From: Heptranchias perlo
Taxonomy: Eukaryota
NCBI RefSeq assembly: GCF_035084215.1
Contig: NC_090356.1
Location: forward strand, 10,292,001-10,356,000
Direction of reading: 5' to 3'
DNA: 64,000 nt
Part shown: positions 11,949-24,520 of the stretch, one piece after another
How positions within the stretch are numbered: the stretch's first letter is position 1
How the letters are laid out: each line of letters begins with the position of its first letter
Notes under the pieces: model-generated
What the model was told of the DNA's origin: nothing
The model's database searches: none
What the model saw: the letters and a program-made list of their open reading frames with translations, nothing else
Translations under genes and position numbers: made by a program

Positions 11949-13139
11949 TCACTGAAGAGAAGCAGCTGCTCATTGCATTAGTTGCTCTACTTCCATTTAG
12001 ATGAGGAATGCAGGGCCAGTACTAGGAATTGAGAGGGAGGGGCAGAAAGACTGAAGCCATTGTCAATGGTTGATGCTTGTGATTGATGGTCATGTACCTC
12101 AACAGTGGTCATCTCATAATAGGACCATTGAGAAGCCAACATTAGAAATCACCTTACTAATACCACCAATAATATAAACACAAACTAACATTATTTTTCT
12201 TGTTTGTTTGAAAGCTTTTTTAATCACCTAAATGTAGTACACCATTGCTAGCATAGGTATTGAGATATCATTTCTCTCAATTAAATTTATAAAAATGGTC
12301 ATTTCAATAACCCGAACCAATACAATAACTAGAAATATAAATGTTCTGTCTGTAAATTGCAAGATTTTTTTCATTTAAAAAAAATTAAAAAGTCAAAACA
12401 ATCCATTAAGTTAAAAAAAACTCCTCCAGCAACACACAGCTAAAACCTGATAAATGAGCAACTGATTTGCCAAGAAATGGGAGCCTGGATCAAGACTATT
12501 AACTACAAATAAAAACAACCAATTAGAAAACCTTTATATTACAATCCATTTAATCACTCATTCAGTCTGAACAGAAACAGAAAATATTTAAAAGCTATTT
12601 TATACATTAGTGAATAGATGAAATTCAAAAGTAGACTAACTATTTAGTCTGCGGAACCTTAAAAGAAAAAAAGATAATGGGGGACCATTTATATATAATA
12701 CGAATGAATGATTAATGGTTTTGGCACATTAGAATTCTAGGCTTAGATCAGCATTCTGCTTTGATCAGCAATGCATGTACCTGAAGTTGAAAGTACAGCC
12801 AATGCATACTACAAACCACTTGTCAAGAATAAAAAGAGAAAGTATGTCTTTTGATCTAGTGTAACCAAAAAAATATTAGATACATAATGTTGTAATGCAT
12901 TACCAAAGCACTGATTTGAGAATTCAACCACTCTTGTTAAATGCAAATCATGCAACAGAATTCTCCCTTCCCAATACATACAATTTTCCTCCCTTCCCTC
13001 CTAAAAGTTCTGACTCACACTGGAGTAATATTGCACCAATAGTGGCAGCCCTCCAGGACCTTGCCCAAGTACCTACGCAGTGAACGGCAGTGTGTTATTC
13101 AAGCACAGAAGGCATCGCAGTCTAGACAAATCCTGCCAG

Positions 13140-13575
13140 AGGTGGAGAAGTGAAGAGGTTATGGAAGAGAATTATGGATCATAGGCATAACTGGCTGAAG
13201 GCATGGCCATTAATGGTGGAACAAAGTGGAGGAAGGAAATCCATAAGACGCCAGAGTCGGAAGAACGGAGTGTTCTGTGGGGATTGTAAGGCTGGAGGAG
13301 GTTACTGTGTTCGGGAGGGGTGAGGCCATGAAGGAATTTAAACAAAAGGATGAGAATTTTAAATTAGAGACATTGAGAGACCAGAAGCCAATGTAGATCA
13401 GCAAAAACAACAGAAATGGTCAGCAGTACAGGATACTGGCAGCAGAATTTTAGATGAGCTGAAGTTTATAGATGGTGAAGGATGGGAGGTGGGCCAAGAG
13501 AGCATTGGAATAATGCAGTCTGGCGGTTATGAATGAGGGTTTCCAGCAACTTATGGGTTGAGGCAAAAGGTGGAA
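13140..13575 (-). mobile_element. L2 LINE fragment
   Basis: Colinear with about 43100-43530 (GAAGGCATGGCC...GGCTGGAGGAGGTTAC...GAGGCCATG...GCCAATGTAGATCAG...GGCAGCAGAATTTT). Confidence 0.75.
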
Positions 13576-13939
13576 GACTTTGGGGAAGTATATTGAACAA
13601 AAGGGACTTCCTCCAAGCTATCCGTCTGCTTTAAGGTACATCAGTCATGGCAACTTTAACTGGTCGATCATGTCATTTGGTTCTCACATCCTGATTCCAA
13701 TTAATTTAACATTAAAGTAGTATTAACAATGTGGATTTACTGACAAATGTAAAGATAATCATTTTAGCAACTCAGTCCACATTTGTTCCCTTCAAAATTA
13801 AACAAAATTCCAGATTTAACAATCAATGAACCATGAAATGTACATGAGGCCAATTGCTGCATGTACACTCGGACAATTATCTGTTGTCAACAACTAAAAG
13901 GGAGTGACTGAAAGTGAGGCGATTCATTTAATTTTTATT

Positions 13940-14090
13940 TTGTTGCTGTTCATTAGCATTGGCATCTGTTTGTGTGCAAATTGGGTGCCTCACTTCCTAC
14001 ATTACAACAGTGACTACACTTCAAAAACGCTTCATTGTCTATAAAGCGCTTTGGGACATAAAGGCGCTATGTAAATGCACGTCTGTTTTA
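13940..14090 (+). mobile_element. DeuSINE 3' fragment
   Basis: GTGTGCAAATTGG...CCTACATTACAACAGTGACTACACTTCAAAA...AAAGCGCTTTGGGACA...GGCGCTATGTAAATGCA. Confidence 0.75.
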
Positions 14091-14386
14091 ATCTTTCTGT
14101 GATGACCTTATGGGGCTATGCACATGTCCCCAATGATTTAAAAGACCTTGCAACCACCTTTACAGATCTTGGCTGAATATGAAGCGTTAAGTGATTAGGA
14201 ATTCTAAATACTGGTTTCTTTCTGCTGACACTTGATTTCTCTCCTTTTTGGTTCTGAGTGTGTAAAACCAAGAATTTTAAAAAACTATAGTGGTGACTGC
14301 TCACATAAGACAACAGTCATCATGCAATAAGCTATCTGCCGAAGGCATCAAATTAAGACTCTGTATAGACAGCCATAATATAGATA

Positions 14387-14629
14387 TGATGTGGAGATGC
14401 CGGTGATGGACTGGGGTTGACAATTGTAAACAATTTTACAACACCAAGTTATAGTCCAGCAATTTTATTTTAAATTCACAAGCTTTCGGAGGCTTCCCCC
14501 TTCATCAGGTGATAGAACTAAATAGAACTGCTTCACATCGTTCACCTGACGAAGGGGGAAGCCTCCGAAAGCTTGTGAATTTAAAATAAAATTGCTGGAC
14601 TATAACTTGGTGTTGTAAAATTGTTTACA
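14387..14629. mobile_element. Palindromic Penelope-like element insertion #4 with short templated loop
   Basis: 12-bp TSD ATAATATAGATA at 14375-14386 and 14630-14641; tail on the left. The loop contains AACTAAATAGAACTGCT, identical to 15203-15219. Confidence 0.92.
14541..14579 (+). ncRNA. Minimal hammerhead motif; mirror copy on the minus strand in the left arm
   Basis: Same motif as insertion #1. The minus-strand copy has CUGAUGA and is clipped by one base at the outer end of stem I. Confidence 0.72.
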
Positions 14630-15289
14630 ATAATATAGATACGCTTTGCCCCATTTGGAGCCCATCAGCTATAGTAAACTGAAATCAAACTTAGGAACTA
14701 TATCTTTCGAGGCAAAGCCTGAACCATTTGGTCATTTATTGGAGGGCTACGTTTTTCACTCAGGGAGACAGTTATTCCAATTAACAATGTTAGGTTCCTT
14801 CATTTAATCAGACAAATAGTCTGTGGTTAGAGGATCTGCCTGGAAATATAAGCGATCAGAGTGCAGTTTCAACTACATGGAGCTAATGAGCACCAAACAG
14901 CAAGAAACACAAGCAGGACTTTTGTGTGTACACAGATGTATATTCATGCAGCATCTGCCAAGTGTTCTTTACACAAAGAAACATTTCTCAATATGTCAAA
15001 AAATACATTTTGAAAATATATATGTCCCGTGTGCAACATTTGGGCACTTATGCAATGTTGACATGTACTCAAACTTATTTTCTGGTGATACACTGCTAAT
15101 CAATCGACCATCACAAGTTCACATCATAATTGTTAAACCTCAGCAGCTTAGAGAATCCTGGTCAATAACAATAATGGACTTCCATTTCTAGCAATAAAAG
15201 TAAACTAAATAGAACTGCTCCACATTGGGCTATTGTTTAAAAGATTAGATCCGATTTTTCCAATGGCTTAATGACATTATTCAGAAAGT

Positions 15290-15460
15290 AATTGTGTTGT
15301 CTGAACCAGGAAAGTTTTGATACCCAGTCTTTATCTCGATAATTGATCTCAGCTAGGGTAGTGGTAGGGGCGACAACTGGCCTCAGTGTCTCTGAGTTAA
15401 AGAGTGCAAAAATGGCCCCAATTACTGCTCCCAATTGCTATCCAGCAACTTTTACTGGAA
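15290..15460 (+). mobile_element. Old dispersed repeat, probably a tRNA-derived SINE (family not assigned)
   Basis: GATCTCAGCTAGGG...ACAACTGGCCTCAGTGTC...GCTCCCAATTGCTATCCAG; similar segments at about 22235-22410 (+) and 55070-55250 (+). Confidence 0.5.
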
Positions 15461-15849
15461 GTGGACAGTGGACAGTGGACAAAGACAGCAACAAACTGGG
15501 TACGATACCTCTGTCACCGAACAGCTTGCCAATATACTCACCAAACACCTTTTCAGTTCATCCCGGGCTATCCTCTAACCAAAAAAAGCCTGCTCCCAGA
15601 TTTCTGCCATTGCCACTCAAGTATGCAAAAGTAGTCCCAAGGTAATCTCCCCTCCTATTTGCCTCTATCCTTACAGCTGAACCCTGGCACATCCCGGACT
15701 GTATATCAACATGAACCTGAGAATATTAACGTGAGGCACAGCAGCTGCACCACCATCCCAACTCAGATAAATATTTTTCTCAACTGATCCAGAAATGGAT
15801 CGTTGTCTCAACAATTTTCTCCCTTCATATCCAGAAGGCTCTGGGATAT

Positions 15850-16170
15850 GATTACATGGGCTTCAGGTCCCCTTCTATATCTAGTTCAAGTAATTAGTCT
15901 TGTGTATTCCTTGGCAGCAAGCGTCAAAAACCTATTCGACTACTGGCCAGCAGCAAAGCAGTGCCCAATTCTGCCCTCACCTGACATAAATACATGCACA
16001 ATTATTAGCAGGAGCTATAACCGTGGTCAATTTTCTCCTTACCAATCTTGGGGAGCCAGGCCAACTGTGGCATCTCCATCAATGCTCCAGCTAAGCTCAG
16101 CTAACTCAGCACCGGCTAAGGATCGAAATCTAGGAACTTCCTGGTCTATGTGGCTCACTTCATAAACACA
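15850..16170 (-). mobile_element. Old dispersed repeat, same probable SINE family, opposite orientation
   Basis: CTCAGCTAACTCAGCAC...GGATCGAA...CCTGGTCTATGTGGCTCA (B-box-like TTCGATCC on the minus strand); similar segments at about 31000-31345 (-) and 58300-58480 (-). Confidence 0.5.
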
Positions 16171-16505
16171 CAGCCCATGGGGGGAGGGGGACAAAAATGG
16201 AACTTAACAAAAAATTGTGCTTTTTCCCCTGAAGCCATATAACTATAGGCACTTTTACTTTACTCCATTGACTCTCAACATGTGGGTCATGCAGAGTTAA
16301 TGCATTCACAAATGGAAGCATGCCAAACTTCACACTTTTGGTAGTGCAGACCCACTTTTTTTGTTATTTTCCCTATCTGCTGTGTAAAAATGGCCTCTCC
16401 CATTTGACCTGTTAAACATACTAAAATGTCATGGCATGAGCACACTGATGCAAGCAACAGCTCAGTCTCAGATTACCAGCCAGGCCCACTACATATTTGC
16501 ACAAT

Positions 16506-16733
16506 TGTAAACAATTTTACAACACCAAGTTATAGTCCAGCAATTTTATTTTAAATTTACAAGCTTTCGGAGGCTTCCCCCTTCGTCAGGTGAACGATGT
16601 GAAAATCGTTCACCTGACGAAGGGGGAAGCCTCCGAAAGCTTGTGAATTTAAAATAAAATTGCTGGACTATAACTTGGTGTTGTAAAATTGTTTACAATT
16701 GTCAACCCCAGTCCATCACCGGCATCTCCACAT
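16506..16733. mobile_element. Palindromic Penelope-like element insertion #5
   Basis: Inverted arms of about 95 bp; 14-bp TSD CATATTTGCACAAT at 16492-16505 and 16734-16747; tail on the right. Confidence 0.92.
16609..16647 (+). ncRNA. Minimal hammerhead motif; mirror copy on the minus strand in the left arm
   Basis: Same motif as insertion #1. The minus-strand copy has one stem I mismatch. Confidence 0.72.
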
Positions 16734-19700
16734 CATATTTGCACAATGACAATTATGCACCTGCAAAGCACCAACTGTCTCAGTACCAACATACTGGAAA
16801 CCATGCATGTGTGGAACAGGTGGTTTTCGATTCCAAAGCCAAAAACAGTTCACAATCTAAACCTGGGAGAGTGGCCTGTATAGGTCATTTTGTAATTACT
16901 CATCCAACACCTGGACAAAGTAAAAATATAAAAGCCATTTGGTTAAAACCGCCACCCTTCTTTGCAGCAGAGCACCTAGGTTCCAACATGCAATTCCATT
17001 TCTGCCTCCATCCTTGTTTTGTTGAGCTGCACAACATTGGTATTTTGATAGCTCAAGTTATTTTATGGCATATCATTTTCTTCCTCCAACATCAACTAGA
17101 TTTTAGGGGACGATGGGGGCCAAGACAAATTTCTGTGTGTGAAAGCAGCCTCCAATTGGGAATGTGGTTTTGGATTTTTCATCCTTCAGCTGCCTCAGAT
17201 GATTACTTTTCTACCTGCTTAATTATTCAAAGGGTTTTTCAATGAGAAGAAACAGATGCAGATAAACTTCCTACAAAGAGCCGCAATTTGAATATAAAAT
17301 GGAAAATGTTTTAAATTGCTCTCTCATCAACTCCTCACATTTTTTTAAATTGGCTTAAATTATCACAGACCCTGAAAGCTTAATATGAGTATTCTCCACA
17401 ATCCATCTATATAGCCATACAAAAAAGAATAATTCTGAGTCATAAAAATGTAAGATACTGTAGTTACATCTGTAACACAGGAATAGAAGATACCCACATC
17501 TTCTCAACTCCGTTAAAGCTCATTTTAATTGAAATTCCCTTTTAAATATTATTTTCTAGAGCTTTGACAAATGTAATACACATATTAAATCTAATTTATA
17601 CAAGCATTGAGGCATGTAACCAGTGTCAAAACTTAACTAATTATAGCACAGCTATGTAATACTCTGTACAGGTATAATAAACACTGAATGCAGTGATGGT
17701 TTTCTAATCCACAAAACGTAAATAATTCATTAATGCCCACTTTCCTTCAGCATAATAGATTAGCCCACAATAATCCTCTTTAGTTTCATGCTATTGTATG
17801 TTTAAATGCAAGAGATCAAAACATGAACTGGAACCAAGTCCTAAGCCCTGAATTTATCAATGAGGCATCAATCACAAGAGGGCTGTTTGTTTTCTTTGTT
17901 CCTTTATAAATTTTCGAATAACCCAGCAATGTTTCCTGTGTAACAGGCATTTACAGTACATGTTATATAGCACATTCCGAGGGAAATTGTGGAATACAGA
18001 AATGATCCCACAAGCAAGGAAAACCTAGTGCCTCCAGTGACTTGTCACGGTGGTCCTCCCAACTGAAATAAATTCTGTATTTTCAAGTTGCCTGCTTCTG
18101 CAAAGTATGACGATTTTATAAGGCAAATGAGGCTCATTATCAGCCTCAAATATGGTTACAAACACCTCCATATATCACCAAGACGAGCTTTCACCTTTCT
18201 CTTACAATATGTGGCTGTGTTGAAAACTGCTTTGGTACAGTTGAAAAATGAAATTCAATACTTACTTAACTCAGTCCAAAACAAAAAGCAGAATGCAAAG
18301 ACAGATAGGATGAGGTGCTTTCATTGGTGACTCATACAAGAGGTAATGTAACTTTTTTCCCTACAGGTAATGTAGTATGGAATTAAAATGTGCCATTTCC
18401 TTTTTCAATTGCACCCTGTAGCTGAACTCCAATTTTTAAAAAGTATTCCATTTAACAATGTATCATAACTTCATGACTTGCAGTTCAAAAACCTTGGGCC
18501 ATGTGAATTTGAGTCTTCAAATCCATTTGGGTGGACTGATTTTCTTTTAATATTTAAAACTGATAGCCAAGAAGATGCCTTGAATATTTTGTGCAACTGT
18601 TGGAGCCAACACATGCCCAAAAATGTTATCTCTTGTACATAAAATGGCATATTACATACACATAGATGTGACAAGTACAGATTTGAGGGATACTGATAGT
18701 ATTTATCCAATAGATAAAGCAGACCAGGTGTGCTGCAAGCAGCAAAGATGTGAAAGCAGCCTCCTCCCCCTCCCACAATACAAAAAACCTTTAACACTGA
18801 TCCTGAATTAATAAGCTACGGCTGTATGTTGTATTCTGTACATATGCTTCACAACATACAACATTTTTTAAACTATCTACTGAAAAAGATTTGGTACAGA
18901 TGGAGTTAACATGAGTTCTATATGGCATTATATACAAATAACCTATTTCCCAAAGTCACAGCATTCTTTTATCTGAAACACAAGCACGTTACAGCAAATT
19001 TATTTTAATTACTATAGTCTTTATCCTATTAATGTTAAAGACAATAATCTAACACTACTTCAAAATAACCTTACATGGCCTTCACAAAAGACAATATAGA
19101 AGTCCTAATAAATATATTAATGATGCAACACAAGAAGAAGCTACTGGTCTTCAATTTAGGTTCAGATCCTGATCTTGTAGCAGTGACTAACATGATCATG
19201 TCACTTTTCTCTAAATGGTTGCACAGGGTCATAAAGGAAAATAATTCTGTCAGTCCCTACCAGGAACAGTGGATATAAATTGACAGCACAAGAAATATTC
19301 TAGATTCATTAAACTGCTGACAAAAGAAATGTCACCTAGCAAAGCAAATCAACTTCTTCTGAAGCCAGGATGTAGTGTGAGCTGCTGTTTTGACAACTTG
19401 TTTTTTTTACTCTCCACTTCTTTCACTATCTCGGTGATACGTACCAGTGTCCAACAAGCAGCCTATTCCCACGCTTAAACTAATGCTGTTCTGTTTTGAA
19501 ATCAGTTGCTGAAGCTATACCAAGGATAATTCCACCATCTTTTCCCTCCCTCCAAAGACGATTCAAGCTCCTGTTACTTCAACAAAATCAAGAACTTGAT
19601 TGGAAAATTGTGCGTGCAAGTCTGTATCTCCTAGTAGGCAGTACAATCCTGAATTACCGAGCAACAATACTTTTTCCAAAATCAATAGACATGACTGAGG

Positions 19701-19781
19701 AATATGCAAGTTTTTACAATACCAAAAGGAAAGAAAACTTGATGCGAGTAGATTCTATTTTTTGCCTCTCCCAGGAGATTA

Positions 19782-19895
19782 AATGACTGGTGGGGCAGAT
19801 GGGATTGATGGTGTGTAGCAGTCACACCATGACAGTATAGATCAGGCTGGATGGACCAGCTGGTCTTTTTCTGTCCTTCATTTTTGTTTGTTTGT
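19782..19895 (+). mobile_element. CR1-type 3' tail fragment (CR1 or CR1-mobilised SINE)
   Basis: CAGGCTGGATGGACCAGCTGGTCTTTTTCTGTCC...TTTGTTTGT. Confidence 0.55.
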
Positions 19896-20226
19896 ACTTA
19901 ACTCCAAGGATGAACACAAAAGACATAAAATGAATACAAAACTAACAAGCTTCAAGCAACACTTGAGATTAGGATTCTTCCAGCTCCCCCCATGTGGTGG
20001 ATGTATTTGCCACATTTCAACCTAAAGCTGTTAATGATAGGTCAATTAATACCTATTAAAAAAAAAAATCTGGTTAGGAATGGGATGGAGCGTTATAAGG
20101 AAATAAAGAGAGGGATGAAAGAATGCTGTTTGAAATGAAGGTTCACAAGCTGTTGGAACTATTGAACTATCATGAAGAAAGACAAATCAGTTAAGAATGA
20201 GTAACTTCGGATGTAAGATTAAATAA

Positions 20227-20392
20227 ATTTTTTCTTATTCATTCTCAGGATATCGGCGTCACTCACAAGGCCAGTAATTATTGCCCATCCCTAGTTGCCC
20301 TTGAAGGTGGTGGTTCTTGAGCCACTGCAGTCTGTGAATTGAAGGTACTCCCACAACGCTCTTAGATAGGGAGTTCTAGGATTGTGACCCTG
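20227..20392 (-). mobile_element. 3' end fragment of the 60686-type LINE
   Basis: TTATTCATTCTCAGGATATCGGCGTCACT...ATTGCCCATCCCTAGTTGCCCTTGAAGGTGGTGG, matching 60690-60860. Confidence 0.78.
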
Positions 20393-20569
20393 GATATTAG
20401 AAATTCTGGAATCTGGTTTGATTTACCTGCATGGAGGGTGGGGGGGGAGGGGGGCAGTGGAGAAGAGGAGAGGGAGGGCAAAACTTTTCTTCAGTAGAAG
20501 AAATGGGTTGGACAGAGTCCATAATAGAATGCATTATTTTAACGTACACAATCTGTGAAAGGGGTGTTC

Positions 20570-20958
20570 TCACCCCTCATGTATTAATTTCAAACTCCTC
20601 ATCCTAGTCTACAAAGCCCTCCATGGCCTTTCACCACCCTACCCCTGTAACCTTCACCAGCCTATGGCCAAGACCATAACCTCCATTCTTCCAGTTTTAG
20701 ACCTCTGCGCTCTGACCTGTCTCCTAATCCATTAATGGCAAGGTCTTCAGTCATCATATGCCTATACAGGAACTCCCTTCATAAACCTATACAGTTTGCC
20801 ACACCTGTCCCCATCTTCAAAAAGCTCTTCAAAGCACACCTCTTCAACTATGCCTTCAGTCATGTACCCTATTTCCTGTTCAGTAGCCAATCTATCAGCT
20901 TTTTATAAAGCATCCACTGGGATGTTTCACTGCTTGAAAAGGTGCTGGTTGTTGTTGC
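20570..20958 (+). mobile_element. L2 LINE 3' fragment
   Basis: TTCAAACTCCTCATCCTAGTCTACAAAGCCCTCCATGGCCT (FKLLILVYKALHGL) and a (TTG)n tail. Confidence 0.72.
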
Positions 20959-22598
20959 TGATGAAAAACTGAATAATCCACGCTTTCTTACTCAAAAACC
21001 TCACCATCACCCTGAACTTTCAAAAAAAATCTGCACAAGAAAAAGATTATATATACTGTCTAAAAATCATTGGTCAACTGTGAATGGAAGATACAATCTC
21101 AACAACACTCTAAAAGCAAAATTTATTCTTAGGAAGCTCCTAATTTGAATTATCAAAATAGAACAACAGTAAAACTATTATTTTATATCTAGTTAAGTTT
21201 AAATGTCAACTGTGCTTAAACAGTTTTTAAATACAGGCATAATTTCTGGTATCTCTCTCAGTCTTGCATTTCATTATTCGATCTATAGTCTCAAAATACA
21301 ATTCTCAGAGCCTTCCCAATCACCCTAGGTATCCCTCTTGCGTTGAATGCTCTCTGCTGAAACAAATCCCTGGTTTTTCCTAACAGCTTAAACCGGCTAC
21401 TGGAAAATGTTTGCAGAACCAGCTTCAGGCACTATAGCAGTGTGTCATGCAGGACCGACCTCCATGCACTCACATCAATCAACATAAATGTTTCCTCTGT
21501 AGTTGAATCTTCTTGAGCAGGAGACCATTAGACTACTACTTTCGTCAACTGTTGTTAAAAAAGAGATGAAAACCACAAGTTACTAGTGCCTGAAATAGTG
21601 TCTACACATTAAAACTGTTTACACCAATGGCATGAGACACTCTTTCTGCTTGGGTGGTCAATGTAACATACAAACCATGCAGGCTGACAGTACAGCAGAC
21701 TTTTCAGATCCATAACAAAGATGCTCGAGTGAGGGAGTTGCACAGGTCCTTACCAGCTTAAAAAAATATGGATTGAAAGGACACCAAAATGGCAAATGCC
21801 CCCACTCCCACACTATAAACAACATTAAAGTTGCCAATGCCAACCAGATTTTTGCTATCTTGTTGACAAAATGACAATGTCATGGAACGCATCATAATTC
21901 ACACTATTCCTGCAGCAATTAAGATTAATCATCAGGCTGCAAACATATCGCCAATGATGGTAATTGATGATTAATATCCAAGATATAAAGATGTTGGTGA
22001 AGCTGGTCAATATTAAGTCATGGTCAGCACTTATTGGGAAAAACTCTTGATACATCTAATGTCTTCAAAACTGTTTTTTTCTTTTCTCTTAAAAAAAAAT
22101 GGATACAATGGAGCTTCATTCTAAACTTCTGTCACGAGTAAAATTTTCCCTAGGAAAGCTCCATCTCCATTATACCTCTTAGCAAACTCCACAGTAGCAC
22201 TGTTTAAAACCACACTGTTTAGCTGAACTAACTGTTCTCAACGTGGACATTACAACTACCCTTAGCACCCCTATACCAAGTGAGGGAGGAGGAAGAGCAG
22301 GGATAAAAAATAGTCAGCCAGGTTTCTTGCTACTCACCACTATCTCGTTACTCCTGCTGGAAAGTAGATATGGACATTGGAAGAGGATACAATCAGACTT
22401 GGCTGTGGCAGTCCACCCCCCTCCACCCACCCCTCAACTTACGTTCAAGAGATTTTGTACTTGTTAGACATTTTGACCCAGAGGACGTAGGTAACAATCT
22501 AAAATTTTACATCAAGCTAGAAAAACAAGATAGACATTGCAACATAAAAATGTAAAATATTCAAACAAATCAACAGTACTAAATTGTCGCATGTTTTA

Positions 22599-22742
<144 letters not shown>

Positions 22743-23429
22743 TTAAATATACCACTTTCAGGGACAAAGAGAATCATTGCAAATACCTAGGATACTTTTT
22801 GTGTACTTTACGTTCTACAAGGCAAGGGAATTTAGCAGTGTGTCATTTTTCATTTTCCACACCAGCCATCCAGTAGGCTGTTTGAGAGAGATTGTCAATT
22901 TAGTGGCAAATTATGGGCAGTTTTGTGCTGTGGACTCATACCCAGGAAACTACCCAAGCTCATTTCACATTGGTGTTACAGCTGATTTCAGGGACTTGCA
23001 TCTCATCAGCCTGGGCTGGATTAGATCCCAGAATCAGGGGTCATTAGGGAATTCGGCAGATTCTCCTGTGAATAATTCCATAGCTGTATTATCGGCCCCC
23101 TTTATCCGTGAGAATCCCGTGCCTTTCGGTGGAGCCAGTCTGTTCCTGCCGAGATCCGAAAGATGAAAAGCCTGCCTATTGACAATCGACACCATCCAAT
23201 CCCTCCCTTTTTCAAGTTTTCCTCTTTTTATTCCGCCATCCGTTTTCACTCGGCTCTCCCCAATCATCATTAAAAAAAATCTCCTCCAACGAGGCATCAG
23301 ATCTGACTTAGTTCCCAACAAACTGAAATGTATGAAATGTCAAAATGTTGTGTGTATATGTATGGGAAGTTGCTGTATTCTCCATTCATCAGAAAAGCAA
23401 TAGGAGTCATCAATATTGCCAGCAAGTGA

Positions 23430-24520
23430 CGGCTATTCACCAATAATCTGCTCACTGATTACCAGTTCAGATTACGCCCCTAATGACTTGGCTCCAGACT
23501 TCATCACAGCCTTTATCCAGACATGGATGCAAGAACTGAATGCCAGAGGAGCAGCTGCCATCAACATCATGGCAACATTCAACAGAGCTTGGTACCAAGA
23601 GGCCTTCGCAAAACTGAAGTCAATGGGGCAACTCTGCAATGGCTGGAGTCATAGCTGACACAGAGAGAGAATGTTGTGGCAGTCAGAGGCCAGGCATTGC
23701 AACCCCAGGACATTAATGCAGAGGCTCCTGAGGAAATGCTCTCAGCTCAACTATCTTCAGCTGCTTCATCAATGACCTTCCCACTGTCACAAGGTCAGGA
23801 GTGGCCTGCTTGCAATGTTCATCTCCATTCACAAATCCTGTGATAATGAAACAGCCCATGACACCTTACAGCAGAATCTGGATAACAGGTAACAAGTAAC
23901 ATTCACGCCACATAAGTACCAGACAATGACCAACCTGAACGAGAGCAAGCCCAGCCATCTCCCCCGCTTTCAATAGTGCCACCACTGCTGAGTCCCCCAC
24001 CATAACATATTGAGGATCACCATTAATCTAAACTTGACTGGATCAGCCATATCAACTGCAAGAGCAGTACACAGGCTGGGTAATTTGTGACAAAGACTCA
24101 AAGCCTCTTGACCATCTACAAATCAGGGATGTGATGGAATTCTCACCACCACTGGGTCAGTCAAACACAACACTCAAAAAGCTTGAGATCATCCAGGACA
24201 CAGCAGTTCGCTTGATCAGCACCACTGCCATTAGACTCAATATCCGACCCCATATGCAGTATGTATGATCGACAGGATGAACTGCAGCAACTCACTAAGC
24301 CTATTTCGACAACACCTCCCTCGCCAGCTATGTGTGCCACACAAAAGGACAAGAGCAGAAATGTTGCAGGAACACTATCACCTTCAAATCACACACCATC
24401 CTTACTTGGATATATACCGCTGTTCTTAGTTGTCGCTGGGTCAATATTGTGGAATTCCCTACCATTGTGGGAGCACTATCAGCACAAAGACTGCAGTGGT
24501 TCAAAGGCAACAAATGCACT
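23430..24520 (+). mobile_element. Older copy of the same LINE family as 60686-61602
   Basis: APDFITAFIQTWMQELN...ATFNRAWYQEAFAKLKSMG, FSCFINDLP; 3' part colinear with the reverse complement of about 60780-61600. Confidence 0.8.

Noticed and set aside
3931-16733. Repeated conserved inverted units with variable spacers as a CRISPR-like or spacer-acquisition array
   Set aside because: The units are kilobases apart, each has its own TSD, and they are homologous to a PLE 3' end. No cas-like ORFs are present and the context is a vertebrate intron.
21300-22060. Possible ancient RTE/LINE remnant on the plus strand
   Set aside because: Only faint motif echoes (e.g. KYGL, NQxFCYL); too degraded to support a call without a profile search.
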